Both the position numbers and the translations under genes were made by a program. A stretch of DNA of 64,000 bases from an uncultured cyanobacterium (GTDB lineage Bacteria; Cyanobacteriota; Cyanobacteriia; Cyanobacteriales; CAWCAG01). Within the stretch, counting starts at the first letter, position 1; each line of letters begins with the position of its first letter. The stretch spans positions 320,001-384,000 of the forward strand of contig CAWCAG010000001.1 in the NCBI GenBank assembly GCA_963793425.1, read 5' to 3'. The notes under the pieces are model-generated. The model did no database searches, was not told the DNA's origin, and worked only from the letters and a program-made list of their open reading frames with translations. Shown here piece after piece: positions 40,152-51,800 of this stretch.

Positions 40152-43100
40152 CTACCTCCCCACAGATTCTCCTTGCTGTTGTGGTGCAATGCTAGTTTGC
40201 CCAAAGCCGCCGAATAAATCATTAAGTTTGACAGTGAAAGTCACATAAGGGCCTCCGGCTGAACGGGAACCTGTGAAATCGCGATCGCTGACTTCCCCTA
40301 ATGAGTAACCCCCAGCGAGACGGAGGTTGGGGGTGAGGTAGTAACCGAGTTCTGCGGAAAAGGCGGTTTCTGTGTAACCAGCAGAGGGTTGAGTAATCCA
40401 TCTTGCTTCTCCTACGAGATCGAAGTTGTAGCCAAGGCGATAGGTTGCTCTGAGTTGTGCTAAGGAGACGGTGCTAGCGGCTACAAAGTCATTGGCTAAG
40501 TAGGTGGTGCTGGTGCGGAAGGCATACTTGCCGTAGAACTCCCAGCGCCAACTGGGGGCGTAAATAGCTTCGGCAGAGAAGAGATGTTCCTCCGAACCAG
40601 TGCCGCCACCAAAGAGGATGGTGTCAGGGATGGTGGCGGGGTTGCGACGATATTCGTATTTTAATAAAGCATTCCAAGTATCGTTATGGGGATCGCGGTA
40701 AGCTAAACCCAATTTTAGGTCGGTTGATGCTCCTAAATCAGCGAGGGTTGTGTTGGCAGAGTGAGCTTGACGAAAGTTGAATAAGGCGGAAATGCTAGGG
40801 CTGATTTTGCCTAATGCCGAAGCAGAAATAACGGTGTTGCTGCCTTGGGAGGAGGTGCGATGTTCAAATAAGGCGCTGGCTTTGAAACGAGGATCGTCGG
40901 TATATTCTAAACCAACACTGTAGCTATCTCCGTCGGTTACTCCTAATAAAGAACCATTTTCCCCTGTGGCAATGGTTTGATTGATGCCTTCTCCTACTAC
41001 ATTGGAGTTGAAGCTACCGAAAACCCTTTCATAAGTGAGGTTGAGTTTTAACCCAGGGGTGATGTCCCAACGATGTTGTAAACCGATGCCTCCTTGAGCG
41101 GTATAATTGTTGGCACTGCCCAGGACTGTATAACGACCAGTTAGGCGGGTGTTGTCGGTGAGATTATAATCTCCTTTAACCCCTAAGCTAGTGATAGATT
41201 GTCCGGCAAACTCTCCACTAGTGTAAAAGTTTTGCCCTAAAGTAACATTCACCCCCGGCACAACTCCCCAATCTAATTCAAAAGCGGTGCGATCGCCGCG
41301 AGAAGCGTTACTATTTCCTAAAATGGTAAGTTCATTGAGAGCTTTGAAGGTAAGATTATTAGTGAGGGGAACGGTGAGGCGCGATCGCAGTTGATGGGAT
41401 TCACCATTAAAATCAGGGTTGATTCTGTCTTCCCGGTTGCGATAAATCCAATCTAAATCAACGGTCGATGTACCCAGCTTTTGTTGAATACCTAAAGAGG
41501 CGGTGGTGAGGGAGTTATCAACAATGCTGTTAGACTCAAAACTATTGAATCCTCCTTCTAAATTAAAACCTTCCAAGACATCGCCAATGGGAGTAAGGGT
41601 TTGTCTGCGGATGCCTTGATTTTCTGTGTGGTCGTATTTGGCCCGCACCCTGGTACTTTCAGAAAGACGGGCTTCAACTTCTGCCCCGTAGCGAGTTTGC
41701 CCAGGAACAAAACTTACTGTCGCATTGTTAGCAAAGCCGCTATCGGTGGAACTATAATAGGCACGTCCTCGGAAACTTTCTCCTAGCTTACTTTCCAGTT
41801 GGAAGCGATAAGCTGAACCAGAAACAGAACCCAACTCCGGGGAAGTATTGTTGGAATGGGCATATTCACCAATAAAGCGAGAACCTTCTCCCAAGGAAAC
41901 TAGGAGATCCGTTCCATAGAGTTCAAAGTCGCGATCGCCTTGATCTTCTTTGAAATAAGTAGCCCCCAACCAGCTTTCGCTATTTAATCCTCTAGCAAAG
42001 TTGTAACGCAATCTGCCGCCATAAATATTGGTGTTGCTAGCATCTCCTTCATATTGATAGGTGGCAACAATCCGCCGGACTAAAACGTTTCCCTCTTCAT
42101 CAATATCAGTACGGAGTATGGGTTCGCGGAAGTTTACCGTCCCTCTATCATAATCAATTTCATAATCAGCCCCTAAAATTAAGCGTTCCCGTTGCAGAAC
42201 AATTCCGGGACGTTCTAATTCTTCCAATTCTAAATAAATATCTTCACTACCAGGGACAACTAGGCGTTGGGAAAGGAAGTAAATACCGCTTGTACCGTCA
42301 GGATTAAGGGTATCTCGTTGAAAACCTTCGACATTGTTGGCATAGAAGCCGCTAATTTGCAGATTGCCTAAATTAAAGTTGCCACTGAAGCCGTGGAATT
42401 GACGATTCAGGGCAGTGAAAAGTTGGGAATTAGTGGCAAACTCCTCTGTGTTATAGTCTCCCCACATAAAGTAGTCGGGGCTAGCATTGGGAATACCGGG
42501 GGAACGTTCTAAGCGTAGGTACAAACTATCTGTAGAGGGAGTTAGCACTTCGGAAGTGGAACTATCGCCATAAATTGAGTATTGATTTTCTGAGGTTTGG
42601 TACTCCCGAAAGATACGGTTGCGGCAATCGCAATCAAGATTTAAAGGACGTTGATTGTTATATGCCCCAGTGTATAACCATTCCCCAATTGTTCCTGTAG
42701 CAAAAACAGCCGTACTAAAATCCAATTCTGTGGAGTTGTCACCATCAGCAGGTAAAAAGTCTTTAAAGCTACCATGAAAATCTGTACCGCGAGATCCCCA
42801 CCGCAGGTTAATCACCCCAGAGATTAAACTAGGACGCAAGGATGTTTCTAATTGCAGTTGGGTATAAGCTTCTAATTCATTAGTTTGTGCTTTAATAGTA
42901 ACGGTTTGCGCCTTGGTGACGGAACGTAAATTAGTGGTAAAACGTCCTTCTAATACCTCCAACTGAAAGCCAGGTTGATCTGGTTTATAATCTGCTTCAA
43001 TAAACTCTCCGGCAGTGGAAGTTAAGGTAACAATACCATTCCAATTGGAGAGGTTGCCATTTTCATCTAATAATTGTCCCTGAACCGTAGCAGTGGAACG

Positions 43101-43745
43101 ACCGTTAGCTTGAATAGCAGTTTCTCTAGTATCAACAATAAGTTGGGTGGGTTGCCCCTTAACTTGTACTTCCACAGAAGCGGTTTCCGAGTTGGCAATG
43201 CTAGCAGTGATAGTGTTGTTGCCAGCCGTAAGGGGAACACCATACCAAGTTTGAGTAATAAGATTATTAATATTATCTGTTTCTGTACGTCCAATTAAGG
43301 AAGAATCTACAGCATTGCCATTGACTTTAAGTTCTACTTCTGTTCCTACTCTGTAGCGAAGAATGACTGTGGCAGCAGGGTTATCAAGGATACTGCCAAC
43401 GGTAGGAGAAATTATGGTTAGGGGAGATTGTTCAGTATTGAGAACAGTTTCTACATTTTCTGTTGTCTCTTCTGCCAAAGGAATAGTTGTTTCGTTTCCC
43501 TGCATCTCTTCTGTAGAAGAAACAGCTTCTACATTTCCTGTTGTCTCTTCTGTAAAAGGAATAGTTGTTTCATTTCCGGTTATCTCTTCTGTAACAACAA
43601 AAGTTCCTGTTCCCTGTTTCCCGTTTCCTGTTTCCTCTTGAACAAAAACATCCTGAGAAGCTTGGGCGATCGCAGGAAAGAAAACCAAATTCGCACCACC
43701 TGCGAGCGCGCCAATTATTTTTACTTTTTGTTTTCTTAATTTCAT
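40152..43745 (-). CDS. Large outer-membrane beta-barrel protein with N-terminal Ig-like domains (DUF11-cluster barrel)
   Basis: Signal peptide; Ig-like segment ANGRSTATVQGQLLD; YSIYGDSS, DYEIDYDRG; long alternating beta-strand C-terminal half ending GPYVTFTVKL. Confidence 0.8.
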   Translation of the reverse strand: MKLRKQKVKIIGALAGGANLVFFPAIAQASQDVFVQEETGNGKQGTGTFVVTEEITGNETTIPFTEETTGNVEAVSSTEEMQGNETTIPLAEETTENVETVLNTEQSPLTIISPTVGSILDNPAATVILRYRVGTEVELKVNGNAVDSSLIGRTETDNINNLITQTWYGVPLTAGNNTITASIANSETASVEVQVKGQPTQLIVDTRETAIQANGRSTATVQGQLLDENGNLSNWNGIVTLTSTAGEFIEADYKPDQPGFQLEVLEGRFTTNLRSVTKAQTVTIKAQTNELEAYTQLQLETSLRPSLISGVINLRWGSRGTDFHGSFKDFLPADGDNSTELDFSTAVFATGTIGEWLYTGAYNNQRPLNLDCDCRNRIFREYQTSENQYSIYGDSSTSEVLTPSTDSLYLRLERSPGIPNASPDYFMWGDYNTEEFATNSQLFTALNRQFHGFSGNFNLGNLQISGFYANNVEGFQRDTLNPDGTSGIYFLSQRLVVPGSEDIYLELEELERPGIVLQRERLILGADYEIDYDRGTVNFREPILRTDIDEEGNVLVRRIVATYQYEGDASNTNIYGGRLRYNFARGLNSESWLGATYFKEDQGDRDFELYGTDLLVSLGEGSRFIGEYAHSNNTSPELGSVSGSAYRFQLESKLGESFRGRAYYSSTDSGFANNATVSFVPGQTRYGAEVEARLSESTRVRAKYDHTENQGIRRQTLTPIGDVLEGFNLEGGFNSFESNSIVDNSLTTASLGIQQKLGTSTVDLDWIYRNREDRINPDFNGESHQLRSRLTVPLTNNLTFKALNELTILGNSNASRGDRTAFELDWGVVPGVNVTLGQNFYTSGEFAGQSITSLGVKGDYNLTDNTRLTGRYTVLGSANNYTAQGGIGLQHRWDITPGLKLNLTYERVFGSFNSNVVGEGINQTIATGENGSLLGVTDGDSYSVGLEYTDDPRFKASALFEHRTSSQGSNTVISASALGKISPSISALFNFRQAHSANTTLADLGASTDLKLGLAYRDPHNDTWNALLKYEYRRNPATIPDTILFGGGTGSEEHLFSAEAIYAPSWRWEFYGKYAFRTSTTYLANDFVAASTVSLAQLRATYRLGYNFDLVGEARWITQPSAGYTETAFSAELGYYLTPNLRLAGGYSLGEVSDRDFTGSRSAGGPYVTFTVKLNDLFGGFGQTSIAPQQQGESVGR
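43437..43592 (-). repeat. Two 78-bp intragenic repeats encoding a Thr/Glu-rich linker
   Basis: TEEITGNETTIPFTEETTGNVEAVSS / TEEMQGNETTIPLAEETTENVETVLN. Confidence 0.85.
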
Positions 43746-43871
43746 AATCTAAAGTCCATTGGGAGACGGGGAGGGGGAAACGGGAAAGTAATAAGTAATA
43801 AGTAATAAGTTGGGAATTTACTATTTTTTACTCTCTTGCACGATTAGCAACTAGCAACTAGCAACTAGCCA

Positions 43872-45371
43872 TTAGTTAATTTCTTCTTGAAAAGTAGGTG
43901 TCACTGCAAAGTTCATCCTTGCCATGCCGCCGGGGGCGAGACGTACTAGCCTTGATTGGCTGTTGCGTTCGCTGAATTTGATATTTGGGGCGATGGTATA
44001 ACCAGGAAGACTAGTAAAATCTAGAGTTCCGGCATGATAACCAGCGTGTACCGAAGCAACGGAAAACAAACCATCGGCATCTGTTGTAATGCGGTTGCCG
44101 TCTTCCAACATAATTACCGCATTGGGAACTCCTGGTTCATTGTTTTGCTGTTCCCCATCAAAGTTTTTATCTACAAAAACTCGACCAATCAAAGTACCAC
44201 AGTCAGCGAGGATGCCGGGGTCAACCCGTAAGCGATGGTTGGTTGGGCCATCCTTAACCCGGAAGTCATTGTCACTACGTTGGGCATTAACAACCGCAGA
44301 ATTAATCCCGGAACCTCTCAAAGAATCGGGAGTTAACTGGGCGGCGTAAACAATATTTAGTACTTCTCCTGGAGGAATTGCTGCGCCTAGTTGCATTGTC
44401 ACCGAACTACTTTCTCCGGTGGTAGTAACCTCAACAGGTTGTCCCTGCAACTCTCCCTGCACAGAGTTCGGCAAAAACTTAAACCCAAGGGGCAAACGGT
44501 CATTAATAATTGCTCTATTTAAAGGTACATCTGACTTATTCCTGATACTAATGCGGTAAAGTATCGTATCTCCGGGTTCAGCCGTAGCGCGATCGCCAGT
44601 TTTAACAATATCAATTTGGTCAGCTTGGCACATTACTGTGTCAAACTGCAAAGCAAACAAAGTTAGTCCTTGTGCTTCTGCATTGAATACTTCCACCATT
44701 TGATCAGTAATTTGCGTTCCCCCTGATACAGAGATGGGTTGCCCATCCAAGGATGTAGCCCGGTAACGGACAATACTATTGTTACTACTGCCAACACTGC
44801 TAAGGATTTCAATTTTGATTCTGCGCTGGGTATAAATAGAATCAGTAGGAGGATTAATAACCAAAATATAAGTTTGACCAGGGTTTGTCTGCCCTTTAGC
44901 CGGATCAAAGAGGAAGTTGTATTGCCCTTGATTAATATTGTCAAGGGGAAAAGGATTGATATTTGTACTGTTAGGATTCCTTCCCCCAGGTACACCATTA
45001 TTTGGAGTGTCAGGAAACTCTGTCTGGCTTAAATTCACCAACCTACCTAATTCCGAACCTGTAGTATCTCCAGGGTTTGGTTCATAAAGTGCAACGGTAA
45101 AGCCACCATAATTATCAAGCACATTGCCGCCACAACCGAGAATGCGACCAAGAGGATCAACTAAAGACTCTGGCTTAGTACCTAAAGTTGTAGAAAAGCC
45201 TTGAAACTTAGTATCTGTGCTAGGGTCTTGGTATTCCACTTGGGCTTGGTTATTAATAGCTGCACGAATAGTCTCAGCAGAGGTTTGGGCCAACACAGAC
45301 ATTTGAGTTGAGATAACAGTCCCGATTGCTAATGCGGCAGTGATAGGTTTTGAGAAAGTAGAGATGTTCAC
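43872..45371 (-). CDS. Secreted DUF11 + SdrD-B-like domain protein
   Basis: IVKTGDRATAEPGDTILY...INDRLPLGF...GINSA; GRVFVDKNFDGEQQNNEPGVPN...TDADGLFS. Confidence 0.85.
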   Translation of the reverse strand: MNISTFSKPITAALAIGTVISTQMSVLAQTSAETIRAAINNQAQVEYQDPSTDTKFQGFSTTLGTKPESLVDPLGRILGCGGNVLDNYGGFTVALYEPNPGDTTGSELGRLVNLSQTEFPDTPNNGVPGGRNPNSTNINPFPLDNINQGQYNFLFDPAKGQTNPGQTYILVINPPTDSIYTQRRIKIEILSSVGSSNNSIVRYRATSLDGQPISVSGGTQITDQMVEVFNAEAQGLTLFALQFDTVMCQADQIDIVKTGDRATAEPGDTILYRISIRNKSDVPLNRAIINDRLPLGFKFLPNSVQGELQGQPVEVTTTGESSSVTMQLGAAIPPGEVLNIVYAAQLTPDSLRGSGINSAVVNAQRSDNDFRVKDGPTNHRLRVDPGILADCGTLIGRVFVDKNFDGEQQNNEPGVPNAVIMLEDGNRITTDADGLFSVASVHAGYHAGTLDFTSLPGYTIAPNIKFSERNSQSRLVRLAPGGMARMNFAVTPTFQEEIN

Positions 45372-45453
45372 AGTTGGCGTTGGGGAGATGGGGGGCTGGA
45401 GAGATGGGGGGCTGGGGAGCTAGAACATTTGGCGACTAGCCACTAGCCACTAA

Positions 45454-45759
45454 CTAATGATCAGCCTTAACATCCCCGGAGTTTTCCCCACTAACCACAT
45501 AACGTAAAGTGTCTCCTGGTGCAACCTTAACCTTTCCCTCTAAAGCTTTCCAGCTAACTTGCTTGTCAGCATCCACAACTTTTTGTTCAGCTTCTAAAGT
45601 GAGTTTAACTTCCGGACGACGAATTGCTTCAACAAGCGCTTCTCCCATTTCCTGGAGTTGTGCCAACACTGGCTGCCCACTAATTAAGGGAACTGCACTA
45701 ACTAAAGCAAGCATTCCGAATCCAACTAACAAACGTTTTTTACTTAATAAAGCTTTCAC
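45454..45759 (-). pseudogene. Truncated small DUF11 protein (paralogue of 52392-52949)
   Basis: RPEVKLTLEAEQK...PGDTLRYVVSGENSGD aligns with the paralogue, then stops at an STRR array. Confidence 0.8.
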
Positions 45760-45820
45760 GTATATAACTCCTAATGCAAACTTTCAAATGAACTATTAGC
45801 AACTAGCAACTAGCAATTAA

Positions 45821-48331
45821 CTAATTCACCCGACGACGGAAAATCAAGAACCCTTCTTTTTGTGGTTCCAAAAGTCCTGTCACCTTGTCTATGTATTTAG
45901 TGACATCGTTATTAACTGTGACACCGGATTGATCAATAGTTGAGGTGCTTGCTGGGCTGCCACTGAAATAGCTGATGTTGCCGCCGCGGGAGTCACTGGC
46001 TGAACCAACAATATTGCTAGTGTCGATTTCGCTATTATTGTCGTTGTCTAATGCCCAATTATTCGGAGCAGTTACACCATCTTCTGTAATCACAATGTTG
46101 TCGGCTTTCAGTGATACATTGCCACTACCTGCGGGAGGTTCAGAAATGTTTTTGTAGATAACTTTGTATTCAATAATGTTGCCCGAAGAAGGAGTTCTCA
46201 GTACATCCGCAACAGTACTATTAGGATCATTCCCATTAGCATCAGTAGGAGTGGAATTAAAATCACCTTGCCCAGCCTTAACTAGTTCCCCATCTCCTTG
46301 TAAGATACGGGAGAGTTTGGTTAACTTCAAATAACCAGTGTAAACCCGATCAATGGTTGTATTTTTATTCAGGACAGCACCTCCATTACTAATGGTTGCA
46401 GTTAAGGGTACGGGATAACCAGGCTCATTATCACCAGAGGCTGCATCCGTTGAAAGGGAGGTATTGTTAGGTAAGTCGATTTCTACACCGTAGTTAAATT
46501 GCTGGTTAGGAGCAACATTAGGAACAACAATGGGAGTACCTGTTGTCGTGAATGTATTATTAACTTGATCGTAAGTATAAGTTGCTGTAGCGCCAAGAGG
46601 ACTAATAATTGTTACTTTAGTACCGTTAGGTAAGTCGTTGGGGTTAGCTAGAGGTGAGGGTTCTATGGTTATATTTCCTTTGGTTTGCCCATTGTTAATA
46701 ATAGTATTCGTGAAGTTGACCGGCCCCGGATCATAGGTGCTTCCCGGAGTCGCTTTAGCAGAAGGTAAAATCGCTGATTTGTTGGTAAAATCATCATTGT
46801 TACTGTTAGGGCCGGTTGCACCAGGGGCATTGTCAGGGCCATTAAGCAAGTCGTAGACTTTGGCAATCCCCAAAGGTAGTATATTAGCTTCACCAGCAGT
46901 TCCTGTACCAGTGTTGTTGTTACCGGGGTCAGTACCTACAGTCCCTAACTCATCAGGTTGCCCGTCGCCGTTACCATCAGGTAAATAACCATCGGTAGCA
47001 GGGTCAAAAGCACCAGCAGTTTCATTGTAGTTGCTAGGAGTTTGGTCACCAGATTCATCAACTACAGGGACAGTTCCCGCCGAATCAGATGCACCAAAGA
47101 CTTGAGCAATATTAGCAATAGTAGCTGAATTGCCAGGAACATTGCTGGTAAGAACTTGGACACGGAAGGTTTGTACCGTTGTACCGGGACCAACAGAAGC
47201 TACAGAGTTGTTGTTGATGAAACCAACTCGTTTAACTGCACTAAAATTTCCCCCTGGCACTGTTGTTACCCACCGTGCCTTGGTTGCATCGTCGTAGGGA
47301 GTTGTTGCCGGATCATCAAGGGTATAAACAGCTGTCCAACCAGTAGGTGCAGTGGTAAGACCAGTTAGGACAGTACCCGCAGGAATCGCATCGGAAACGA
47401 GGATATGCTTCTCAGGCGTGCCATCAATATTGATATTACTCAAAGGTAGCAACGGAGCAGGAATAAAACCCCCAGTTGTCGGGTCGTTTTGTTCTACCCT
47501 AAACTTCAAATCATAGGTGATTCTGTCATCGGTGATAATAGAAGAGTCTCCTGGCAGATATTCTGACCTAGTTTTCTCGATAGTTACCAAAGGCTGGTTT
47601 TTAGCTGCATCTCCTACCTTAATTCCCTGAGTATCGCTAGCTTCCCGCACCCCGTTAGCAGGAGCGCCAGGTGTTTCACCAATCGTACCGTCAGCAGCAT
47701 CAACAGTGTAGACATCACCACCATTGGTAATAAAGTCTTGGTTTTGACTATTACCAGGAGTGTTACCTAACTGAACGTTGATGGTATCTCCTGATTGAGG
47801 ACTAGAATCAACGGTAATTGGTACTCGAACCAGAATAGAACCTCTTGGTGCTAGAGGAGTAGTATCTAAAGACCCGGCCGTAATCGCCTGCCAACCATTG
47901 CCATCATTGTAATTAACTTCTAAGCTACCACTAATAATACCTGGCCCTGTGAGGTTTGCAGTGTTAGGAATGCGGAACTTGGTTGTATCGTTACCAACGT
48001 TTGTAACTGTATATGTGTAGTAAAGTTCGTCATTTTTTGCGATGGGAGTGGTAGAGCCATCTTGCTTAGCAATACCTGATGCCTTCACAGTAATACCAGC
48101 AATCTCTGCAACTTCCACAGTCACTTTGTTGGACTTAGAAGTTAACTTCGCAGAAGGATCATTGGGGTCATTATAGGTTGCTGTTGCTGTGTTATCAATT
48201 TTCGTGCCAGCCGCCGTGTCTGGATCTGCAAGGGCTGGGAGAATGAGTTGCAAGTTACCACTGAGAATTAGTAGAGTACTTATAATGGGCAAGTAAGACT
48301 TGCGCGATTTAGTAGTGATGTTTTTAGCCAT
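45821..48331 (-). CDS. Large secreted multi-Ig/DUF11-like protein (putative fibre subunit A)
   Basis: Signal peptide; AGTKIDNTATATY; YTVTNVGND; SDAIPAGT; NDDFTNK; GYLKLTK...IEYKVIYKN...FRRRVN. Confidence 0.8.
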   Translation of the reverse strand: MAKNITTKSRKSYLPIISTLLILSGNLQLILPALADPDTAAGTKIDNTATATYNDPNDPSAKLTSKSNKVTVEVAEIAGITVKASGIAKQDGSTTPIAKNDELYYTYTVTNVGNDTTKFRIPNTANLTGPGIISGSLEVNYNDGNGWQAITAGSLDTTPLAPRGSILVRVPITVDSSPQSGDTINVQLGNTPGNSQNQDFITNGGDVYTVDAADGTIGETPGAPANGVREASDTQGIKVGDAAKNQPLVTIEKTRSEYLPGDSSIITDDRITYDLKFRVEQNDPTTGGFIPAPLLPLSNINIDGTPEKHILVSDAIPAGTVLTGLTTAPTGWTAVYTLDDPATTPYDDATKARWVTTVPGGNFSAVKRVGFINNNSVASVGPGTTVQTFRVQVLTSNVPGNSATIANIAQVFGASDSAGTVPVVDESGDQTPSNYNETAGAFDPATDGYLPDGNGDGQPDELGTVGTDPGNNNTGTGTAGEANILPLGIAKVYDLLNGPDNAPGATGPNSNNDDFTNKSAILPSAKATPGSTYDPGPVNFTNTIINNGQTKGNITIEPSPLANPNDLPNGTKVTIISPLGATATYTYDQVNNTFTTTGTPIVVPNVAPNQQFNYGVEIDLPNNTSLSTDAASGDNEPGYPVPLTATISNGGAVLNKNTTIDRVYTGYLKLTKLSRILQGDGELVKAGQGDFNSTPTDANGNDPNSTVADVLRTPSSGNIIEYKVIYKNISEPPAGSGNVSLKADNIVITEDGVTAPNNWALDNDNNSEIDTSNIVGSASDSRGGNISYFSGSPASTSTIDQSGVTVNNDVTKYIDKVTGLLEPQKEGFLIFRRRVN

Positions 48332-48892
48332 ATTTGCCTTTCATTAAGAAAGATAAAATAGAAGTTTGTCGGTTTGATATTTTTCTTTGCTGAACTTATA
48401 TTCATTATTTGTTCTCAGTGTTTATGATGATGTGTGTTTAAACGTATACTTTGAATTTAGTTGGATACCTCACCCTTTTGCTCTGTAGTTTTGTAAGGTA
48501 AATGCCTTCACAGGAAAGTCATACCTGCAATCCTCAGAAAAAATCATTTCAGGAAAGAAAAATTTTGAGGCAACAAAAAATAGACTTTAAACAAACACAA
48601 AACAAACATTTTGGCTAACTTAGGGTTCATAAATAAGTACTTTTTGGTACGCTCACCTGCCTAAAGGAGTATTGAGGCTTGCATTTTTGGGGATCTTTAT
48701 CTCCCCATAGTTGAAAGTTTCTGAGATTATTCTTTCTTAAGGCTCAGGGTTTGTTGATATTTATTATGTTATCTTGTCAAGCTAGACCCCAATAATTTTT
48801 TTGATTTTAATAACAATTTCCCTTAACAAGAAACACAATTTAGTATTTTTGGGTCTTTCAATAATACGAGAATAATTTAGGTCAATATCCCC

Positions 48893-51800
48893 ATGAAACT
48901 ATACAGGCGGCATCTTTATTGGTTGTTGTTCCTGCTTTCCTTCACTGGAAATCTTTATAGCCAAAAAGCTGTCCAAGCTCAAGTAATAATACCTGCTAAT
49001 GACGGTACTGGTACGATTGTTACCCCAGAAGGGAATCGCCTTGATATTTCTGGCGGTACTCTAACTCCAGATGGAGCAAATCTTTTTCATAGTTGGCAAC
49101 AATTTGGCTTAAATGCAGGGCAAGTTGCTAACTTTATTTCTAACCCAGAAATTAGCAATATTCTAGGGCGAGTTGTGGGGGGAAATCCTTCGGTAATTGA
49201 TGGTTTGATTCAAATTAGTGGCGGCAACTCCAACTTATTTTTACTTAACCCCGCAGGAATTGTTTTTCTTAATAATGCTCAATTAAATGTTCCTGGAGAT
49301 TTTACAGCTACCACTGCTACAGGAATTGGTTTCGGTAATAATAATTGGTTTGATGCTTTTGGTGGCAATAACTACCAAAACTTGGTTGGTGATCCGACTC
49401 AATTTGCCTTTGATTTATCCCAACCAGGGGTAATAGTTAATGCAGGTAATTTAGCTGTAGCAACAGGAGAAAACTTAAGCTTATTAAGTGGCAGTATTTA
49501 TAACACCGGAAACCTCAGCGCCCCAGCCGGGAAAGTAACCTTAATGAGTGTCCCCGGAAGCAGTGTGGTGAGAATTAGCCAACCAGGAAACTTGTTAAGC
49601 TTAGAAGTCAAACCTCCTGGTAATACAGGATTTCGTGCTTTAGATTTACCTGCTTTGTTAACTGGATCTCTGCAAAATATTGATACGGGTTTAGAAATTA
49701 ATCAAGGAAAAGTACAACTGGTTTATTCTGGAGAAACCATTCCTACCCAACCAGGTACAACCATAGTTTCTGGCAACATAGATGTTTCCTCCCCTACTAA
49801 TCAAGGGGGCAATGTAGATATTTTGGGTTCCCGCGTCGGTATAGTGGGAGCAAATATTGATGCAGTGGGTAATCAGGGCGGCACAGTGAGGATTGGGGGA
49901 GATTACCAAGGCAAGGGCGGCATACCCAATGCTGATTTTATTTATATTGGTAGCAACTCCCTAATCAACGCCTCTGGAAGCAAAGGAGATGGGGGTAGGG
50001 TAATTGTTTGGGCAGATAAGACAACTAATTTCCAAGGTGACATTGTTGCTAAGGGAGGAATGAATGGAGGTGATGGGGGTTTTGTGGAAGTTTCTGGTAA
50101 GCAAAACCTTTGGTTTCGGGGGAAAGTAGATTTAAGCGCCCCCCAAGGAAAATTGGGAACCCTCTTATTAGATCCTGAAGATATCCTCATCATTAATAGT
50201 GGTGGTAATAATAGTGCTTTAGCCGATAATCAAATTCTTTTTAGCGATCGCCCCAATGAAACCTTCACTATTTCTGCTGCCACCCTTGAGAGTTTAAACG
50301 GTAACATTTTATTAGAAGCTACCGAAAATATTATCCTCGACTCCGCCCTCTCTTTAAAATTCGTTCCTGGGGGAGATATAACCTTTACAGCAGACTCTGA
50401 TGGCAATGGTAGTGGTGCTTTCACCATGGGTAGTAACCAATCCCTAACTACATCAGGAAGGGATCTAACTATCTCTGCTGCAACCATAGAAGCCGGGAAT
50501 ATTAATACATTGTCCGATTCTGGTAGTGGTGGTGCGGTGCTATTAAGCGCTAACCAAGGGAGATTAAAAGTAGGAGATATTAACACCGCCTCAACTGCCC
50601 CCTTAACTGCCAGTACCAAAGATGGCGGAGAAGTTAACTTAGAAGCAACTGCGGGGCAAATACAAGCCGGGAATATTGATACTTCTTCTACTTTTGGTAG
50701 AGGGGGGGCAGTGCAACTATCTACATCCAACATTGCTACCCTCAAAACCGTCAACACTCAGGGTAGGGAAGCCGGGGGCAACTTCACTAGTAATAGTCTC
50801 TTGCTACGGGTAACAGACACTTTTCTTAACAACAACAACATCACAGCTAGTATTTCCACTACTGCTTCTTCAGGTACAGGAGGATTGATCGATATCAATC
50901 ACCGTAGCGGCGAATATAACATTCCCTTCATTGTCGGCAAAGCGAATTTCAATGGTACTACCGGAGCGGTTACTAGCGGCGACTTTACCATTTTGCCCGA
51001 TCCCCAAAACTTCCCCTCTTCCTTTAACTCAGGTTCTGTTAACCTAACCACTCCTGAACCTGTGACTGCTTGCCCCCCAGAATGCGAAGAAAGCGAAGAA
51101 GAACAAAAAGTCGAATCCCTTGAACAAGTACCTGCTGTAACCATGGTAGGGCAAATAGAAAGCACTTATACCGAAGAGTTTACTGATTTTCTTGGTACTA
51201 CCGCCCCCCAACCAGTCAGCGTCGAAGAAACCATAGATACCTTGCGCGAAAGCCAAGAACTTACAGGCAAAAAATCAGTCGTTATCTATGCAGAGTTTGT
51301 TGATGATAACTTAGAAATTGCCTTAGTAAGTCCTAACAGACAACCCGTTAGGTACAAAATAGAAGGGGCAGAAAAAGAAAAAGTCATAGAAACCGTCCTC
51401 CAATTCAATCGCGCCCTTGCCAATGTACGCCGCCCTCAAGTTTATCTTCCTGCTTCCCAACAACTTTATGAGTGGATTATCGCCCCAGTTGCTCAAGAAT
51501 TAGCAGCGGAGGATGTGGATCACCTCAGTTTTGTTATGGATGCTGGCTTGCGTTCCTTGCCTCTAGCGGCTTTGCATAGCGGCAAAGGCTTCTTGATTGA
51601 GGAATACAGCGTTGGCTTATTACCAAGTATTTCTTTAACTAACTTTAACTATTTAGATAGCCAAGAACAACAAGTCCTCGCCATGGGGGCAGAACATTTC
51701 ACTCGGCAAATTTCTTTACCTGCCGTCCCTTTGGAGTTACAATCAATTGTTGGTAGCTTATGGTCTGGTAAGTCCTTTATCAATGAAGCTTTCACCTTAG

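Noticed and set aside
40152..43745. TonB-dependent receptor label for the barrel protein
   Set aside because: No TonB box or plug motif recognised and no terminal Phe; kept as a generic outer-membrane barrel.
48332..48892. Possible c-di-GMP or other riboswitch in the long leader of the 836-aa gene
   Set aside because: Only a short GGGGA...TCCCC hairpin was seen and no riboswitch consensus was recognised; an Infernal/Rfam search is needed.
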